The notes under the pieces: generated by a model
Seen by the model: only the letters and a program-made list of their open reading frames with translations
The model's database searches: none
Told to the model about the DNA's origin: nothing
Source of the DNA: Phoronis australis
Taxonomy: Eukaryota > Animalia > Phoronida
DNA length: 64,000 nt
Direction of reading: 5' to 3'
Assembly: GCA_002633005.1 (NCBI GenBank)
Contig: NMRA01000045.1
Span: 737,552 to 801,551, forward strand
Shown: positions 11,918-26,435 of the stretch, piece after piece
How positions within the stretch are numbered: the first letter of the stretch is position 1
Layout: every line of letters begins with the position of its first letter
Translations under genes and position numbers: made by a program

Positions 11918-14900
11918 ATATCGATTATCATGGAATCTCTACATAATAGACGAAACATTTTTGTTGCAAATTTGCGTACGCCCCAGTTAATTCCCCACTC
12001 CACATACGTTTGATGTTTACGAGCAGCTATTCATTGATGTTCGCCTCAGGAGTTTTACTGACGCCTGCTTTTCCAAGTGCGCCAAGGCTCATGGAATACG
12101 AAGAAATCTTAAGAGATTTTATTCAAGGACACTAGACAATAATACGCACAAACCACTGAACTTACGTGCCTTATGAGCCACATTCTTTGATAAGCCGAGT
12201 GTCAAATAGTTGGTGTAGATGATTGACCTCCTGTCTGTGCCTGCTGAGATAAGTTCATATATTCGTCTGATCCGTTCGAACAGATTTTGTGTTCCTACGC
12301 ATGATGTTGCGGTTCGTGTGTTTCAGATGATTCAGTGGTTTGCACTGTTGTGTACGATAGTCTAAATTTCGTATTAGTTGCGGGTATTGAGCGACACTTT
12401 ACTTTGTCTATTTGCAAATCGACTTTTTAATCAATTAAATCCTATTCACCGATTATTTTCGCAGAAATATAGGGGTAGTCAGCAGACGGCTTGTAACGCT
12501 CAGAGTAACCCTTTCACGGTGTTTTAATTGTAATACTGCATGACGGCATGTATAAACAGACCTCCACAACAATATGTCTGGTTTTCACGTTTTCCTTCTT
12601 GTCAGTAAAATCTGAATCAAATAAATCTATCCAAACAATAAAAACTCAACAAACATATATTATTCACACTCTAGAAACGCACACGTGCCGTCTTAGTGGC
12701 TTGCAAGCCACCCATTGAAAAGCTTCTTTGTTCTGTTTATTGAGGCGAAAATAATTGTCTGTGAACACGGGGAGGTTAGGCGTATTTACAAATCACCGCC
12801 TGTATAAATTAACAGTCGGCCGTGTTAAAAGTGTTAAAAGCATGTTAATCTTCGCACACAAGAGGTGCTGGATTTTATTCGACATCGTTGACGTTCTTCT
12901 TCAGGAACGTGCATCCGTCGCAACAACACAGAAGGCTTTGGTAAATTTTTCAGTAGTCCGGATGGAATTCCCTGTGCATCATTAAACGCAAAATGATCAT
13001 TCACCTGTTCCGTTTAGTGGGTTATTTTATTGACGCCTAGTTATTAACTTGTTTACGGAGCATGCTGTCGGCTTGGTTGGCGAGGATATGCGGTGCGATT
13101 TACTTTACTCATTTCTCAAAAGTAAAGATTTAATAGCTGTAGCTATCGAGATAAATTCTTATCTTATTGTGACTACATTACTCCGTAAGCACGAACAGTC
13201 AATATAAGTGGGCCAACACGCGTCTGGCTCGTAGTCGCGTGGATAAAAAGCTTTGTTTCCAAAAAGGATTTGTATTAATGCAACAAGAAAGAAATTTAAA
13301 TGCCACGATCTTTGGAACGATCTTATTTCTAACGAGAACATACAATGTAGTACGCCAAATAACATTTGTTAGAAGCAATCAATGTCAAGATACCTTTCGT
13401 TTTAACAAACCTATGTATTGAACACAGTATACGTGGAGTTAAGGAACTGACACTTTTATTTGATTATAAGTATATTTGTCGGCGACAGTGATAAAGTATT
13501 TGAAAACAAATACAAACACTGACACCTCAGTATCAGTTGTCCAAAAACTTCCACTCCTTCCATTTCAGTAATAATATAATTAAGCTCAATCAAAATAAAA
13601 CGGGTTGAAGTCTGACTTCGACAATCGGACGTTGTACTTTGTTTATTTAAATAGGAGACGAAAATTGAAATTGGGCATGGTTTGTCGTCGATCGCAATCT
13701 CTACTGTGTTGTTCGCGCCCGTTATCCCACGCGTGTTTTCAAGTGCACTCCGTGAGCCTGAATTGATGCGGGCGAAGAGTCGAGTGCCCGCATTTTTGTA
13801 TCTCCCAGAGTATCTCACGTACCCTCAAGTTAAATGAAAATTTATTACTCTAGCTGATGGCAAGTGCGGAAATCAAAAGAGCATTGTGTGAACAAAGTGT
13901 TTTATGTGAACTTGAGAGACAAATTTTCCCAATCAATGAAAGGGCAACGTTCAGCAACCTGTAACCTTAATCCACCATGGGACTTAAAGTGAAGGCTTTG
14001 ACGTCGTGTATAACGTAAACTTCGGACGCTGATTATATTAGAACAGATAAAACTTGATAATAAAAGTTTTACTACTGAAGAGAACTATAGCATCTACCAA
14101 GCCCGATTTTCAAGACATTAAACTAACTTGTCAAGAATATTTTATTTTTGTCTAGTTTTGATTGTGAGTTCACGAAAACTATGTTGTATCTTTAATAGTT
14201 TTATCAAATAGCAGCTCCCATTTTAATTTATTCTAATTATAGAACATAGTAAAGATTCGTTTCTCAAAACTCTGTTTGTTACTCGGCTTCCTGCCGGCCT
14301 TTTTGCTATGCAAAATTTAATTCTGCTCACCATACAAATGGTAAAAAACGAAACCTTCCTCTGGCATTTACTACAAACAACATTGCCATTCTTAAAAAGG
14401 AAAATTCCACTGAGTGTTTGCGTGTTTTATGTTTAAGTGAGAAACATGCTGTAGAAACTACACGTCATTGAAAATGCTTTCGGTTATGTCCGTACATTAG
14501 AGCTAAATTCCGTATTCGATTTGTCGATTTTTGGCAATTAATGAAGTTCCAGAGCTTGGCTTTTGACCATTATCGATTATTTTAAATTAACGTTGTTATA
14601 TGGTAAACATTAAATTTTCCTAAAACACCTCATTCCACGCAAAGTACTAACCCGAGAAATCGTTAACGACGCATTCTAAAAGACGTTTTAAATTCATCTA
14701 AAAGTTTCTATCACTTAACTCATAGGAAAAGTATCAAACATGCCGAGCGCCGGTGACAATTGCACTAGCACAGTAGGGAAAACCTGATGCAGCTAAGTTG
14801 AAAACCAAGTTTTAGGAAAGTTCAACATTGAAGGAATCAAAGAACGCGCTGTGGCTTTGTTATTCATATGTGGGTGTTTCGAGCTGAAATGTCGTTAGCG

Positions 14901-15752
14901 CTAACCCAGATTGTTAACAACAAGATGTTGGGAATACTCCGTGTTGAAAGAACCCCGTAAGCTTTGCTGGTGTGTTTTGCTATCGTTGAGATCTTGAAAA
15001 CTCCGTAATTTGAAATGTGCTGTGCTTTGTTGACTTACACAACCGTTCTTCACTTGAAGTTGGTAGAAAACTAATCCGGGCATTCAATGTACTCCGTGCG
15101 CGCGCGGTTCAAGCACTTACTAGGATGATAAGCACTTGTGGTGATGATCCCAACTCTTTTCAATATTGACATTAAGCAACTGGATGATTGGGAGAGCGGA
15201 TCAATTGCTAAGACTAGATGATCCACACTCTTCAACTGGATATAACATTTCTGGTCACGGTTTCACATTCACGATAACAAGTGACGTTAGAAGTTCTACG
15301 AGCAGCGCCATTGCAGAACGATGGATATCACAACACAACTAAGTTGAAAAACTGGATGCTACATTGTCAGACAATAAGGAATTCACGTTGGATTTGAGGA
15401 GACTGACTGCTCGATTCTATCAGAGGGTTTTCAGTTTGAAATTTTGCTAGCTGGCATCACCTGGCTGCATATACCATTTTTACTTATCGAGTTCCTGTCT
15501 ACTACTGTGGAATTACCTTCAGGTGTATCAGAAGGGGTATATTTAAGTAGAATGCCTAGACAAATGATATTTTAGCAGACAATAGACATAATCACACACC
15601 CAGGTGAAGTTATTGATGCAAAATGTAAATCTAATCTTCGGGAAACGTACACATGTTTCAATCGCGACATATTCCTACGGAAACGTCAACCATTCTCAGG
15701 ATACATTTCAAGAATGGCAAAACTTGGGGTAGGGTATAAAATGCAAAAGATT

Positions 15753-17034
15753 ACGGCAGATGGCAAACAAGAGGTGCTTATTTTTCAAACATTTACACGC
15801 GAGAAAGTCATAGCAATACCAGTGAACTCAAACCTGGGGTGCAGTGCAAGCCATTGAAAAGTTGGCAAATACAACCTGGTAAATATTGAAATTGTCGCAA
15901 AGAAAATTCGCATTATCACTAGGAGACACCGAAACCAATAATCGATGCTCTCACAAATGACATCTCATTTGCATATTGATTCTTCAAGGAGTTTGACAGA
16001 TAGAGAAACGGATATTAAACCACATCGTAAAACTGTCACTAGGGGGCACAGCACAAGTCAGAACTGTCCAAACATTGGCAAGTGCCACTCTTCTCTTAAT
16101 AAAATCTTATCTGCCATCTTCACCATACTTGGTAATTTATTGGAGCAAACGCAAAATAAACTGAAACACGATGGCGTAGCAGTAGCCGGAACTCTTAAAA
16201 TCAACGTCAACCAGCTTTCCATTAGTAGAAACATAGTCGACAAATTTTTCGTAATAATTCTTCAAAACATTTGACAGAAAGAAATGTGGGTACTGCAACG
16301 GACACCAAAACACATAAATCACAACTAGGTGCCGCAAGAAAGAGCGTCCCGCTACAATGAGCAGGTGGTGCTTTTTTCTTTAGTGAAACACTACTGCTAA
16401 ATTACACGAAACACACGGCCACCAAGAGACTTAGTTACAAGGCCAGAAGCAAAAAGTAAAATTGCACAGTAGAAGTAGGGGATGCCCGAAAGTGAACATG
16501 AGTTGTGCTGAGAAACGTACCTACCAAATTCTATGGTGGTAATTCTTTGAAGAAATGTATAGATATCGAAGTAGATTAAAGAATAAAATCGACAAGTAGA
16601 ACGGCTCGTTGGAAACTCTGACTGACGTCAACCATATCCTCAATAAAAACCTTTCAGGCAAATTTCACGACCATCCGCCACCGAAAAAGTTAGATATTGA
16701 GGCCGGCTAAAATACTACGACAGCCACTAGGGGGCATAACGGTATTCAGAACCATCCAAAAATCAAGGTCAGTCACGCTCTGGTCAATATGAGCATAAGA
16801 ACATAATATTCCTTCAAACCATTTGGCAGGTAGAGGTGAGGACTCGAAAACAGGGAGACTGAAATAATAAAATTGCCAATAAGTGACACACAAAATAACA
16901 AAGGCATTTGAAATTTGACGGTGACACTGCTTCCTTTAACACAAACATATCTGTCTAGTTTCAGAAAGATCAATCCAAGGACTTGGCAGATATAAAACTC
17001 ACCGCAAAAAAATAAAATTGCTACTAGGTGGCAC
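15753..17034 (+). promoter_or_regulatory. Cluster of same-orientation CTCF-like motifs (forward)
   Basis: TCACTAGGGGGCAC (16036), CCACTAGGGGGCAT (16724), CTACTAGGTGGCAC (17021); weaker matches at 15753, 15916, 16322, 16358. Confidence 0.55.
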
Positions 17035-17212
17035 AGAAGAAGTCGTCCCCATCCGTCGCCACGTTATTACACCTGACAAATTTCACAAAGATCCTGCAAA
17101 GGAATTCGGAGGTACAGCTACGGACGGATGGGCACAGGATGACGATCCGATGAACGGAAGAGGCCGGACAGAGATGACGGCAATATGCACCCGCATTATG
17201 CGGCCTCATGAA

Positions 17213-17425
17213 CCGTGGTGGATTTAGGGGGGCAGGGGTCGGGATCTTCCTCGTGACCGCCGACAAAAACAATAAAGATGTCACGGAAACAAATGTTAGC
17301 ATTCAGTATGTTGCGGCTCAGTGATCGTGGGCGTTTATTTTGTGCGTGTGTGTGTGTTTCTGAGAGGACTTGCCCACAAAATGAAAAATGTTTGGCCACC
17401 CCATGATATCCTAATTCCGACACTG
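17213..17425. mobile_element. Decayed short non-autonomous DNA element (CAGTGGCGGAT/poly-G type)
   Basis: ccgtggtggatttagggggg ... aattccgacactg; ends resemble 35187..35502. Confidence 0.5.
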
Positions 17426-20400
17426 TTATGTTATGAAGAATGGCTTAGTTGCTGTTCTTACAGAACTTCCCATCAGCTCCAAGAACTGTCCCCACAACAA
17501 AAGTTCATATTGCAGTGGTATGCAAAATAACTGCAAACAAATGTCATAATAAACAAAACGTGGGTGCGTGCCTCTCGGACAACCGGCATTGTTTGCGCGC
17601 GCGAGTCCGTGTGCCTAAACTGATGCCAGTATTCATACGGTAGAATTTGCACCATTTAATATCCTCTGTAAACACAAGAGTCGCTGTATGTCTTCAAATA
17701 ATCCCTTGAAAACGGGACAAAACATGTTTATCAAAAATATTGGTTATAAGGAATTAGAGAGCATTAGTACTGGCAATAGTCGGAAATGAAAGCAAATTAA
17801 TGTTATGATAACGTTTAGTTTGGCACGGTACATTAAGTCCATGAAGCAGAAATGAAAATAAAAAGCATATTAAGGGGATATGCGTATATAAAACTGATAT
17901 GTCACCATAACGGGTTATCATTGACAAAGTCTGCATTGAATGTGATAACGAGGCTTACGCACGTCACAAGTCATTGTGAAAATAGCAAGCCAAGAATTTT
18001 CCTTGTACTTGTCCGATGTAGCAAAAGGAACAGAGAACAACTAAAAATGTACTTTTGGAGTTCATGTCATTATTGGATTAACGTTGATACTATACCATGG
18101 ACTTCTTTAGCTGTGACGTAAGTCCTTGTAAACAAAATTGCATAAAACCAGGATTCTTGAGGCATATGCATTGTAAAACGATGTTTACTTGATTTAAAAC
18201 CTCATGCCGTGCCTTCACTGAAAACTGCTCTTAAAGTTCATTTTTGCTTCAGCCATTTTTAATAGTGCTAAATGATAAACGAAGGTGCCGAATGAGTTCA
18301 TGGACTACTTTTAATGAAAAGAACTTGTCGTCGTTAACTTTATTTATCCCAGTTTAAACTTTGCGATTTCTGCATGACCGAATTCGAGCTAGTGGGCATT
18401 CAGTTAAAAAAAGTTAAAAACAAAATAACTATCGATTAAGACCAATTACACCTATAAGATTAGTCTTATCTTGTAGCTTTAAGGAAATCTTTCTGAGATT
18501 CAGAAGCCATTTGTAGACTTTTAAGCACTAATTTGAATATACTTCCATTTGCGGACGTTGGTGTCTTACTGATAAGGACAGTGAGGAAAGAAGCGTTTGA
18601 GTATAGACTTAGAAGAGAGCTTAACATGACGAACTTTGTAAATTTCAAAATATCGCTCTTGACTTGCAGCCGAGGGGCCTTCGAGTGTACTTTGACTGGA
18701 TCAAGGGAGCTTCGTTAAAAGCGAAAAATAAATACTAAACCCGAGACGAACCCTTTCACTTGTACGGGTTTATCTTACTAAATTTATCAAATTTTGTGTC
18801 TGCCTGAGGGCAAACAACAAATGAGGCGTCTGTATATACGGATTCGTATTTACTATTAAATGAACACGTTCAAGTGTTACTATTGTATAAATTGTTAATA
18901 ACCTTAAAAGGCTTAATCTTTCAACAGCCGTGCTATCTAACGTTGCTATTATTGCTTCTAATTGGTAAATAATCGACTCAATTATATTAAGAGCCTTTTG
19001 TCGTGGCTGTATCGTGTATCCTGAATAAACCTGAACCAAGTAAACAATTCAAGGGGTTTCTGAAAGCCCTTGAACACGATTCCAAGCTAATTCTTTGCGT
19101 TCAGGAACATTGTGCGCGTGCATAATCGTTATTAAAATCAACTTTATCCTATTAAACTGATTGGCCGTGTCCCCAAAAGCTCACCGACTGAAGCCAGCCA
19201 ACGTATTCTACACAAGAAGGAGTGATAATAGATCTCTTACCGAGGGCTACAAAACACCAGAGAGAAACCAAGGTTAGGTTCCGTTGACACAAGAATCTCA
19301 TGAAGCAAGTTAGTATGATCACGTGGCGATATCTCGCAAGGTTCTCGCTTCCGTGGAAAGCACGGCACGCCTGAGTTCCCCCGCGTTCTGGGTTTCCTTG
19401 CACCAAAGGTTTTCAAAGAAATTTTTATTGATCTGTCTTCACACGAAACATACCTGAACCATAAAGTAGTTGTTCTCAGTTATATTACATGATCTTCACC
19501 GGAATTCGCAGTCCCAAATTAGACTAAAAACAAGGCTGTATTTTCTGTTAGATGGCTCCACAAACACTTGTATTCTCTGTAGTGTTCAATCATCTGAGGT
19601 TTTACAGTTATGAGGTAAATTGCAAATAGACATGACAAACAAATCAATTTAAAAAGCAGTTTTATTTCGAGATCAGGTTTTATTCTCAGGTATTAGGTAA
19701 AACGAACATTGTAGAAGCAGAGTAGGCAGTGTAAAAAAAAATTGACAGCAGATAAAAGGATATTCAAGCAGGGAGAGTGAATGTAACGCATGACGTTAGA
19801 CGGTCGCAAGCCTAACGGAACAAAGCCAGTGTGCGGTAAACACATTTCAACTGCTCATTCAACACTGCTCTTTAATGACTGAATAACAGAGAATCAACAA
19901 TCTTTAACCGAAATGTGTCATTTTCTACGTAGCGAACAGTGATGTTGTCTACTACTTCTTTCGTAGTTATTTGTCGGCCATGCTGATGTAAAAATGTATT
20001 GAATGGTCCCACCTTTCAAATGCATGGATAATCGTCGAGAAAGAGTGCATACTGTGTGTTCAAAGTGACGTTGTTCATGGGAATTAAGACGAAAATATTC
20101 ATAGATATGTCATGCGAATTTGCTAAGTTTGTGTTTACGAAGGGCTGCTACCGATCTATACTGGTCGCAAATTGAATAAATTTGTTGTTAAAAAGGCCAG
20201 TACAAAAAATCGACTCTCTTGTCCGTCTTCGCTTCCGCCAGGAAACCCTCAACGATGCCCTCGTTTCCAAGGCCGTTTTAGGCTGGAACCATTTGCTCGT
20301 AATAAACCACTAGGGTCGAGACATCCACCTTTGAGCTTAACTATGATCTGACCCTGCCGCGGACTAAAAGTTCGTGCAGCCACAGCCAGCTAGCAGATGA

Positions 20401-23400
20401 TGTAGGCTAACGCTTAGATTTAAACAATTTTGTATCAAGGCTACCTAACCTTTCGCAAGAGACACTTTTGACAAAATGGCGTGGGAAACAAAAGTTTTGC
20501 GTGGACATTTACTCACATATTGCTGACTTTTTCTGAGTTCTTTTATACCAGGTAGGCTTACTGTGTTTTGGTTCATTACAACTACATCAGGCAACGTAGT
20601 GTGCGTTCCAGTAATTACTTATTTATGACAGTTTACATGTCCTCCGAATGCATAGCATAGAACCTTTACCACTCTCTAACCTACATAACATTTATTACGC
20701 AAACTAAGAACGTTTAGTGCAGAAATTGTACGTGGTTAGGTTCCTTCGTGCGTACTAAGACTTTAATGGATAGTCGTAATGGTTTCGCTCCTATGCTTGA
20801 AATTTTGCTTTGCCTACAATGCTACCGATGACACGAAATTCAAGATAGAACTACCAATACTGTTCATCGGTGAAGAACTCAAATTATAAGAAGAGGTGGA
20901 AACAATATCCTGGCAGTGTTTCTAAATTTATAGTTTCGACACGTTAATCAGTTATTGCCAATCAAGTCGCGGGAAGATGTAAACACAACGACAGTCAGCC
21001 ATCTTTGTCCCACAAAATATTGGTTGTGAACGAAAGCTTTAGAATGGCTTTACGATGCACTTGGGGCACGTGCCATGCAGATCAATGAAAGCTAGAGTGC
21101 CTGTCGCTGAGAAACGTATAGTATATAGACCGGGATCCCAGAGCTTTTTTGGGCATGAAAAGGTAACCAATTTTCTNCATAAAAAATTAAAAGCGATAAA
21201 AAATCAAATTCATAAGGTTTCATAAATTTAAAATTTTATATTATTCATTAGTACATGTATATTATGTGCATTAAAATGTGAAAGCAGAACTATGCGTGAC
21301 CTTCGAAAACGCTAATGAAGACTCTAGACACCAATGGAAGCACAAAAAATTAAATGCAGTCAAATTGCGTTATTTTTCTCACTAGCATTCGTTCTATGGA
21401 AAGCTTACCGGAGCACCATAGTCTTGTCTACTGCATCCGTTGTCTCTTTGAATCGAACAGACACGTGTATGAAAGAAGCATTAAGTATGGGAATAGGATT
21501 CTGAAAAGCTGCGTGCAACGGTCGTTTGCTGCCCCAGGACCCATTTTAGTAACGCTGCTCCATGAGGTAATATTTTCAGTGGCATGTGATCAAAACACAT
21601 CAGCAGGACTTTTGGCATAATTGCGCTGGTAGGACTTCGCAACAGAACTGACTGTGTTTATCGGAACTACAAATTGAAAGACCTTCGTCCGCTCGCGCTG
21701 CAGAAAAACGAAGTGAATAAAAAGTCCCAGAAATCTGATGGCTAATGAAAGTTGGGCTATTACGCATGAAAACGCAAGACTTCGCGATACACCACCATGT
21801 ATGACAAGCAGAGCACGTGTTCACACCAGTTTCGCCAGATACTTGCGTCTACCGGGAACTCAGCCCAGGGTATTCGAAAAAGGAGAGCACCGTTTACCCA
21901 ATTTAAAGTTTTTCTGTTATACAGAATAATCGTCAAGGCAATCAGATTTTAATTTTTTCACCACAAGAGAACCATAAAATTCCTTGAACGCGATTTTCGA
22001 AAAAGCCGATAAATAGCATGTACACGTTCAATAATTTTAAGGGCAGCCATGAGGTAAATAAATACAAGTTCATTAAAACTAAACCAGATCTGGCATAGAC
22101 GTGTGTCCACAACGTTGATTTTTAAGATAACAGGATTTGACCCCAGTCGAATTCTCCAAAATTGAATCCGCTAAGCACCTGTGAGTCCAGTTTCACGACA
22201 AATTACAAAGTGTGATATTTGCCAAGGGGTTGGACTTGCAATAATCAAATAACACATTTATTTATAATTAGGGATTATGTGTAACTTCACGATAGGGTTT
22301 ATCACGAGATGCAATATTAGGAAAAGTAAGACAGACATAAAATTGATAAGAACAAAATTCAACCAGGTGTGGCACACTTGAATGAAATAACATTTGTAAA
22401 ACATTTTTTTTTTGTTTCAAGAATATGTATTTAGAAAACAAAAAATTGTATTTTTTAATAATTATATTTTCTGAAATTGTTTGGTATTATCATTATCCTT
22501 GCCCATTGTTTTTATTATATTCTACAACTGTAACAATTATTTGAAATTTATTGCTATTTTTATACATGTCACTGTTTTTGAAAAGGCTCTATATTTGTCG
22601 TTGAGAGTAGATGTCATAATAAAATTATGAACGTAAAATACACCTTCCTAACAAATCATCTCATTGAATTATTTGTTCAGAAGTTCACCGTACTATTGTT
22701 TTTAAATGTAAACAGTGGGAGTAAATTTGTGCTATGATTTTGCATCGTCATTACAGTAGGTACTCTGTGCTTCACATCTAGGCTTTCAGCCACCATCAAC
22801 CAGAAAGTTATAATTTGAGTTGACATGGTCTCTTAAATCTTCATCAAAATGAACCGTTGTATGTACAGGTAAAACTTAGTTACTTAATTCCACACCTGGG
22901 GTGCGACAATAAGAAATAATTTGTTCCACGCTGGGTAAGACAATTTGGAACAAAAACGAGATTTAGTTCAAGTGGAATACGTTCACGTTATCTAATAAAG
23001 ACCTTAGTGTCTTTAAACTCTGTCTTCCTGCCACCAAGACAGGCAATAAATGGATAGTTAAAGACATTTTGGGACATTTTCGTAATTTGAGATCTCTTAA
23101 AGACGCACACATATAAAAGCATAATTACGTAAGTCGGCTAATTACGTTATTGGTTGGTTTAACGAGTTTTGTCACACGTTATCCAACTTGTTAGGAGTAA
23201 TTATTTGTCGTTTTTACACGCCCTCCAGGACATCTTTGAATCATGATTGCTGCTTTCTAACTAGTTAACAAGGAAAATGACCACCCAAATTATATAGATG
23301 GATGAAAATCTATTTCTTGTGAATAGTTTACATTGTCTGTTATACTTGGCGATTTTCCTAATTTTGTGAGCCGCAAAACGTAGAACATTAAAAATCACGA

Positions 23401-24004
23401 CAGGACATCTTGCACAGAAATTGTTGTTAGCCGCGGTGGTCTTTGTACAAAGGTAAAAGAGTGCAAATTTCAAGTGCATCGGTTTTGAAAACCTTGTGTT
23501 TTTAAGACAAAAACGATGACAACGCATTGCTCACATTTGCACATTCCTAAATCGTCTGTGCTTCAGATGAAGAAGATAACTCTCTTTTTTCTTCGATTAA
23601 AAAGGCGTGATGATACGGTCAGGGTAAACAATCGTCTTCTCCTATGGCCAGTGCATACGTTCTTTTTCTTAAAACCGCAATTCTCTTCTTACGAGTTGTA
23701 GTTCTTTTCTCAAAAAACCGCATTACTGCATTCTTTCCACGGCTAAAACAAGGAGATACAAGATGCACGTGCTTGGTACAGTACATCAAATCTATCGGTA
23801 AACTGTGGTGAGAAGAGAACATTGCGATACACGAGCTCCAGCTGGTGAGAAAAGAAGCATATTAATGAAAAAGAACACTGTTAACGAAAGAGCTCATGCG
23901 GGCCGTGTGGGAAGATTGTGTTCCTTGAAATGTTCTAATGATACACTTTTCAGCTGTCTCCTTCACTGAGTGTAAGTGGTAGTACCAGAAATGCTCACGG
24001 AACG

Positions 24005-24096
24005 TTTTATTTATTTATTCATTTATTTATTTATTATTGTGATATTTAAAATGAGGGTGGCCTCTTCAGTGATAGCACTGCTTTCCAAGAGGGCCC
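24005..24096 (-). mobile_element. Extremely 5'-truncated L2/CR1-group LINE 3' tail
   Basis: About 60 nt nearly identical to 44247..44306 (tgtgatatttaaaatgagggtggcctcttcagtgatagcactgctt.caagagggccc), plus a (TAAA)n tail on -. Confidence 0.8.
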
Positions 24097-24672
24097 GTTC
24101 TTCGTTCATATGCGATGTTCATTGGGTCACTTTCAGACAGTAAAATTGAACAGAATGAACCAAACAAAAAATTAATATTTTAATGAAGTTAATGATATAT
24201 CTTGTTATTATTCTTAGCTTTCCAGCTAAACATATCAAGCAAATTTGTACTGACGCATTACAAAAATGTTTTTAAATATTGCTTGTGACTAAATGATATA
24301 CAGCCTTCAACCAAATATTCAAATAGCATACCCGGTTTATTTCGCGTAACGTGATAGATGTTTGCCAGTTTCCTTATTTAAGTTAAAATCTAAGATATCG
24401 AAATTTGATGAAGTAAACGAATACGTATTGGGTTTGTTAATTGCTTTGCTTATTCACGTAAGCCTATGGGTTTTACTGATGGACAGTTGAACAAATAAAT
24501 TTTTAGATTCGGATTATCACAAACACAAACAGATTTATCAATTAAGGATCTTTTCGATAAACCTAGTCATTGTCTTTAGAATTATACGCGAGGTTAAATG
24601 GGCAAATATGGAGGCCTTCTGATTTCTAACAGTGAGCTAATTATTTTATGTATACATACTCATATTCGTATT

Positions 24673-24673
24673 C

Positions 24674-24704
<31 letters not shown>

Positions 24705-24723
24705 AACAAACACACACACACAA
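24673..24723. repeat. (CA)n microsatellite
   Basis: CA run interrupted by caaacaaa. Confidence 0.95.
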
Positions 24724-25719
24724 AGCTATAACATAAGACTATTGGACGCTGAACATTCTTTGCTTTAAGTAATTTATGTTATAAATTAATGTTTCAATTT
24801 TTGCAGAATTGAACTAGCAAAATTTGCAGTATCACGCTTGTCGTACGCATATACATTGAAATTTACCTCCATCGCGACTGATTATCCTGGGAAGGTACTC
24901 TCATGGCAGGGATTGGTAGAGACAGCTCACGTCTGTATTTTTTCTTCTCGCGTATCACATGGTTACCTAAGTTGATGCTACAGGGGATATTGTCAAGGGT
25001 CGCTAAACGAAAGAGGTGGCGATCAGAGAGGTTGTTGTCTGCAAAAGTGGTATTGTCTATAGGTCATCGTCTCGGGCACCCACTTTCTAGAACTGTATTT
25101 CATACATTACGTGTTTGGCGAATAAAGCAGGACCACTTAAGCGAGGTATCGTTGTGTATTTCAAGCGCCGAAGCACGTAATCACACCCACACTAGCTTTA
25201 CTCGCGAGTGTCTTGCATCTACGAAACCCGCCCCAGGCATTGCATTGGTATGCACACCCCCATCCCATTATGAATAAAGAGCTCTCCTGCGTGGTTCCAA
25301 AACGGACGAGGTATCCAATCAAGTTACTTACCTGTTTTTACGGTTTGATAAATACAATTAATTTGAAGTCAATAAAAAGCAGTGCACTGTTGTTTTGTGA
25401 CGTTGCATATGTCATGGACACCATCGGAAAGTAAAAAATAACTTCGGGCGGTCTGGAACCGACACTTATACCATTAGACCACACTGCCTCCACTACACTA
25501 TTGGGAACCACTAGAGGAAGTTGCGACAGTGGAATGCTTGGAAGTTTTCTTTAAACGCAAGGCACTCGCAGCAAGAAATTATCGCTTATGGAACGGAAAC
25601 AGATAATTTTATCTCATAATGCAACGATCCCACCTCACCAGCCAATCAGTTGTGTGGCCGCCGTCTTCCTAGTGTGTGCGACTAAAATCTCGAGCTTACT
25701 CTTGAAATCGTTTCGCCTT

Positions 25720-26013
25720 TCACTAGCGTGATTTTACGTGGCCCTGTATGATCTCACTTTTTACCTAGTGCCTTACGTCTGCACATAAAAAATAATTGCA
25801 GGCGTTCTGATACACGTTGTATCGGACGTGCGCAAGCAGCGCATGTGGGCCCAGTACACTGATCACCTGGGACTAATTTTAGATTTTATTAACGTGTAGT
25901 TAAAACCGAGCTGAGGGGCTAAAGTTAAGGTTTTTGCAGTGTGACCCAGAGGGACTCGAACCCACGACCTCCAGTAAAGAAAGCGGACACCTATCACACT
26001 GGGCCACGCTGCC
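25720..26013 (-). mobile_element. tRNA-derived SINE (3' boundary approximate)
   Basis: Minus-strand head ggcagcgTGGCCCAGTGTGatagg...gtgGGTTCGAGTCCctctgggtcac has Pol III A and B boxes but no acceptor-stem pairing. Confidence 0.6.
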
Positions 26014-26284
26014 TTCTCTCCTTACGTCTGCAGAACGCACCTCAGTTTTTACCTTGCTTCTTATCTTTGTGTTCATTATTACAAGATAATGCTACCGAAC
26101 ACCTATTCAATAATATGTGGAACCCCTTTACCTGGTTGTTTTCCGTCAGTACCAACTTACATGGCAACGGAAAATGATCAAATGTGGCAAATAAAGGACC
26201 ATAACTGACGCGAATTGAAAAAGACATTGTTTTTCAGTTATTCGGGATTAAAATGCATCTCTTTAAACAGTTCGGTGTGATTCA

Positions 26285-26435
26285 CATAGACAGATCCAGG
26301 GGGTCGAGGGGGTCCGGATCCCCCTTTTCCTTGATTTTAGTGATGTGGCATTTTTAATTTGTGGACTTGGATCCCCCTTTTAAAAAATCTGTGATTCGAC
26401 CCCCACCGTTTTAAAAAATCCTGAACCTGCCCCTG
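26285..26435. mobile_element. Short non-autonomous DNA element (CAGGGGCGGATCC type)
   Basis: catagacagatccaggggg...aaaatcctgaacctgcccctg; imperfect TIRs and G/C runs. Confidence 0.6.

Noticed and set aside
14900-16340. Decayed piggyBac transposase (+; GYISRMAKLGVGYK, GVAVAGTLKIN) or Gypsy pol (-; NYYEKFV, TTSAYHP)
   Set aside because: The two readings are mutually exclusive, motif spacing fits neither, there are many stops, and I found no TIR or LTR. It needs a tBLASTx search.
20480-23913. Su(H)/CSL sites (cgtgggaa 20480, tgtgggaa 23906)
   Set aside because: Isolated, unpaired and at about chance frequency.
25941-26013. Functional tRNA gene
   Set aside because: A and B boxes are present but the acceptor stem does not pair; treated as a SINE head. 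More decayed tRNA-like heads near 25445-25489 and 27292-27345 were not called.
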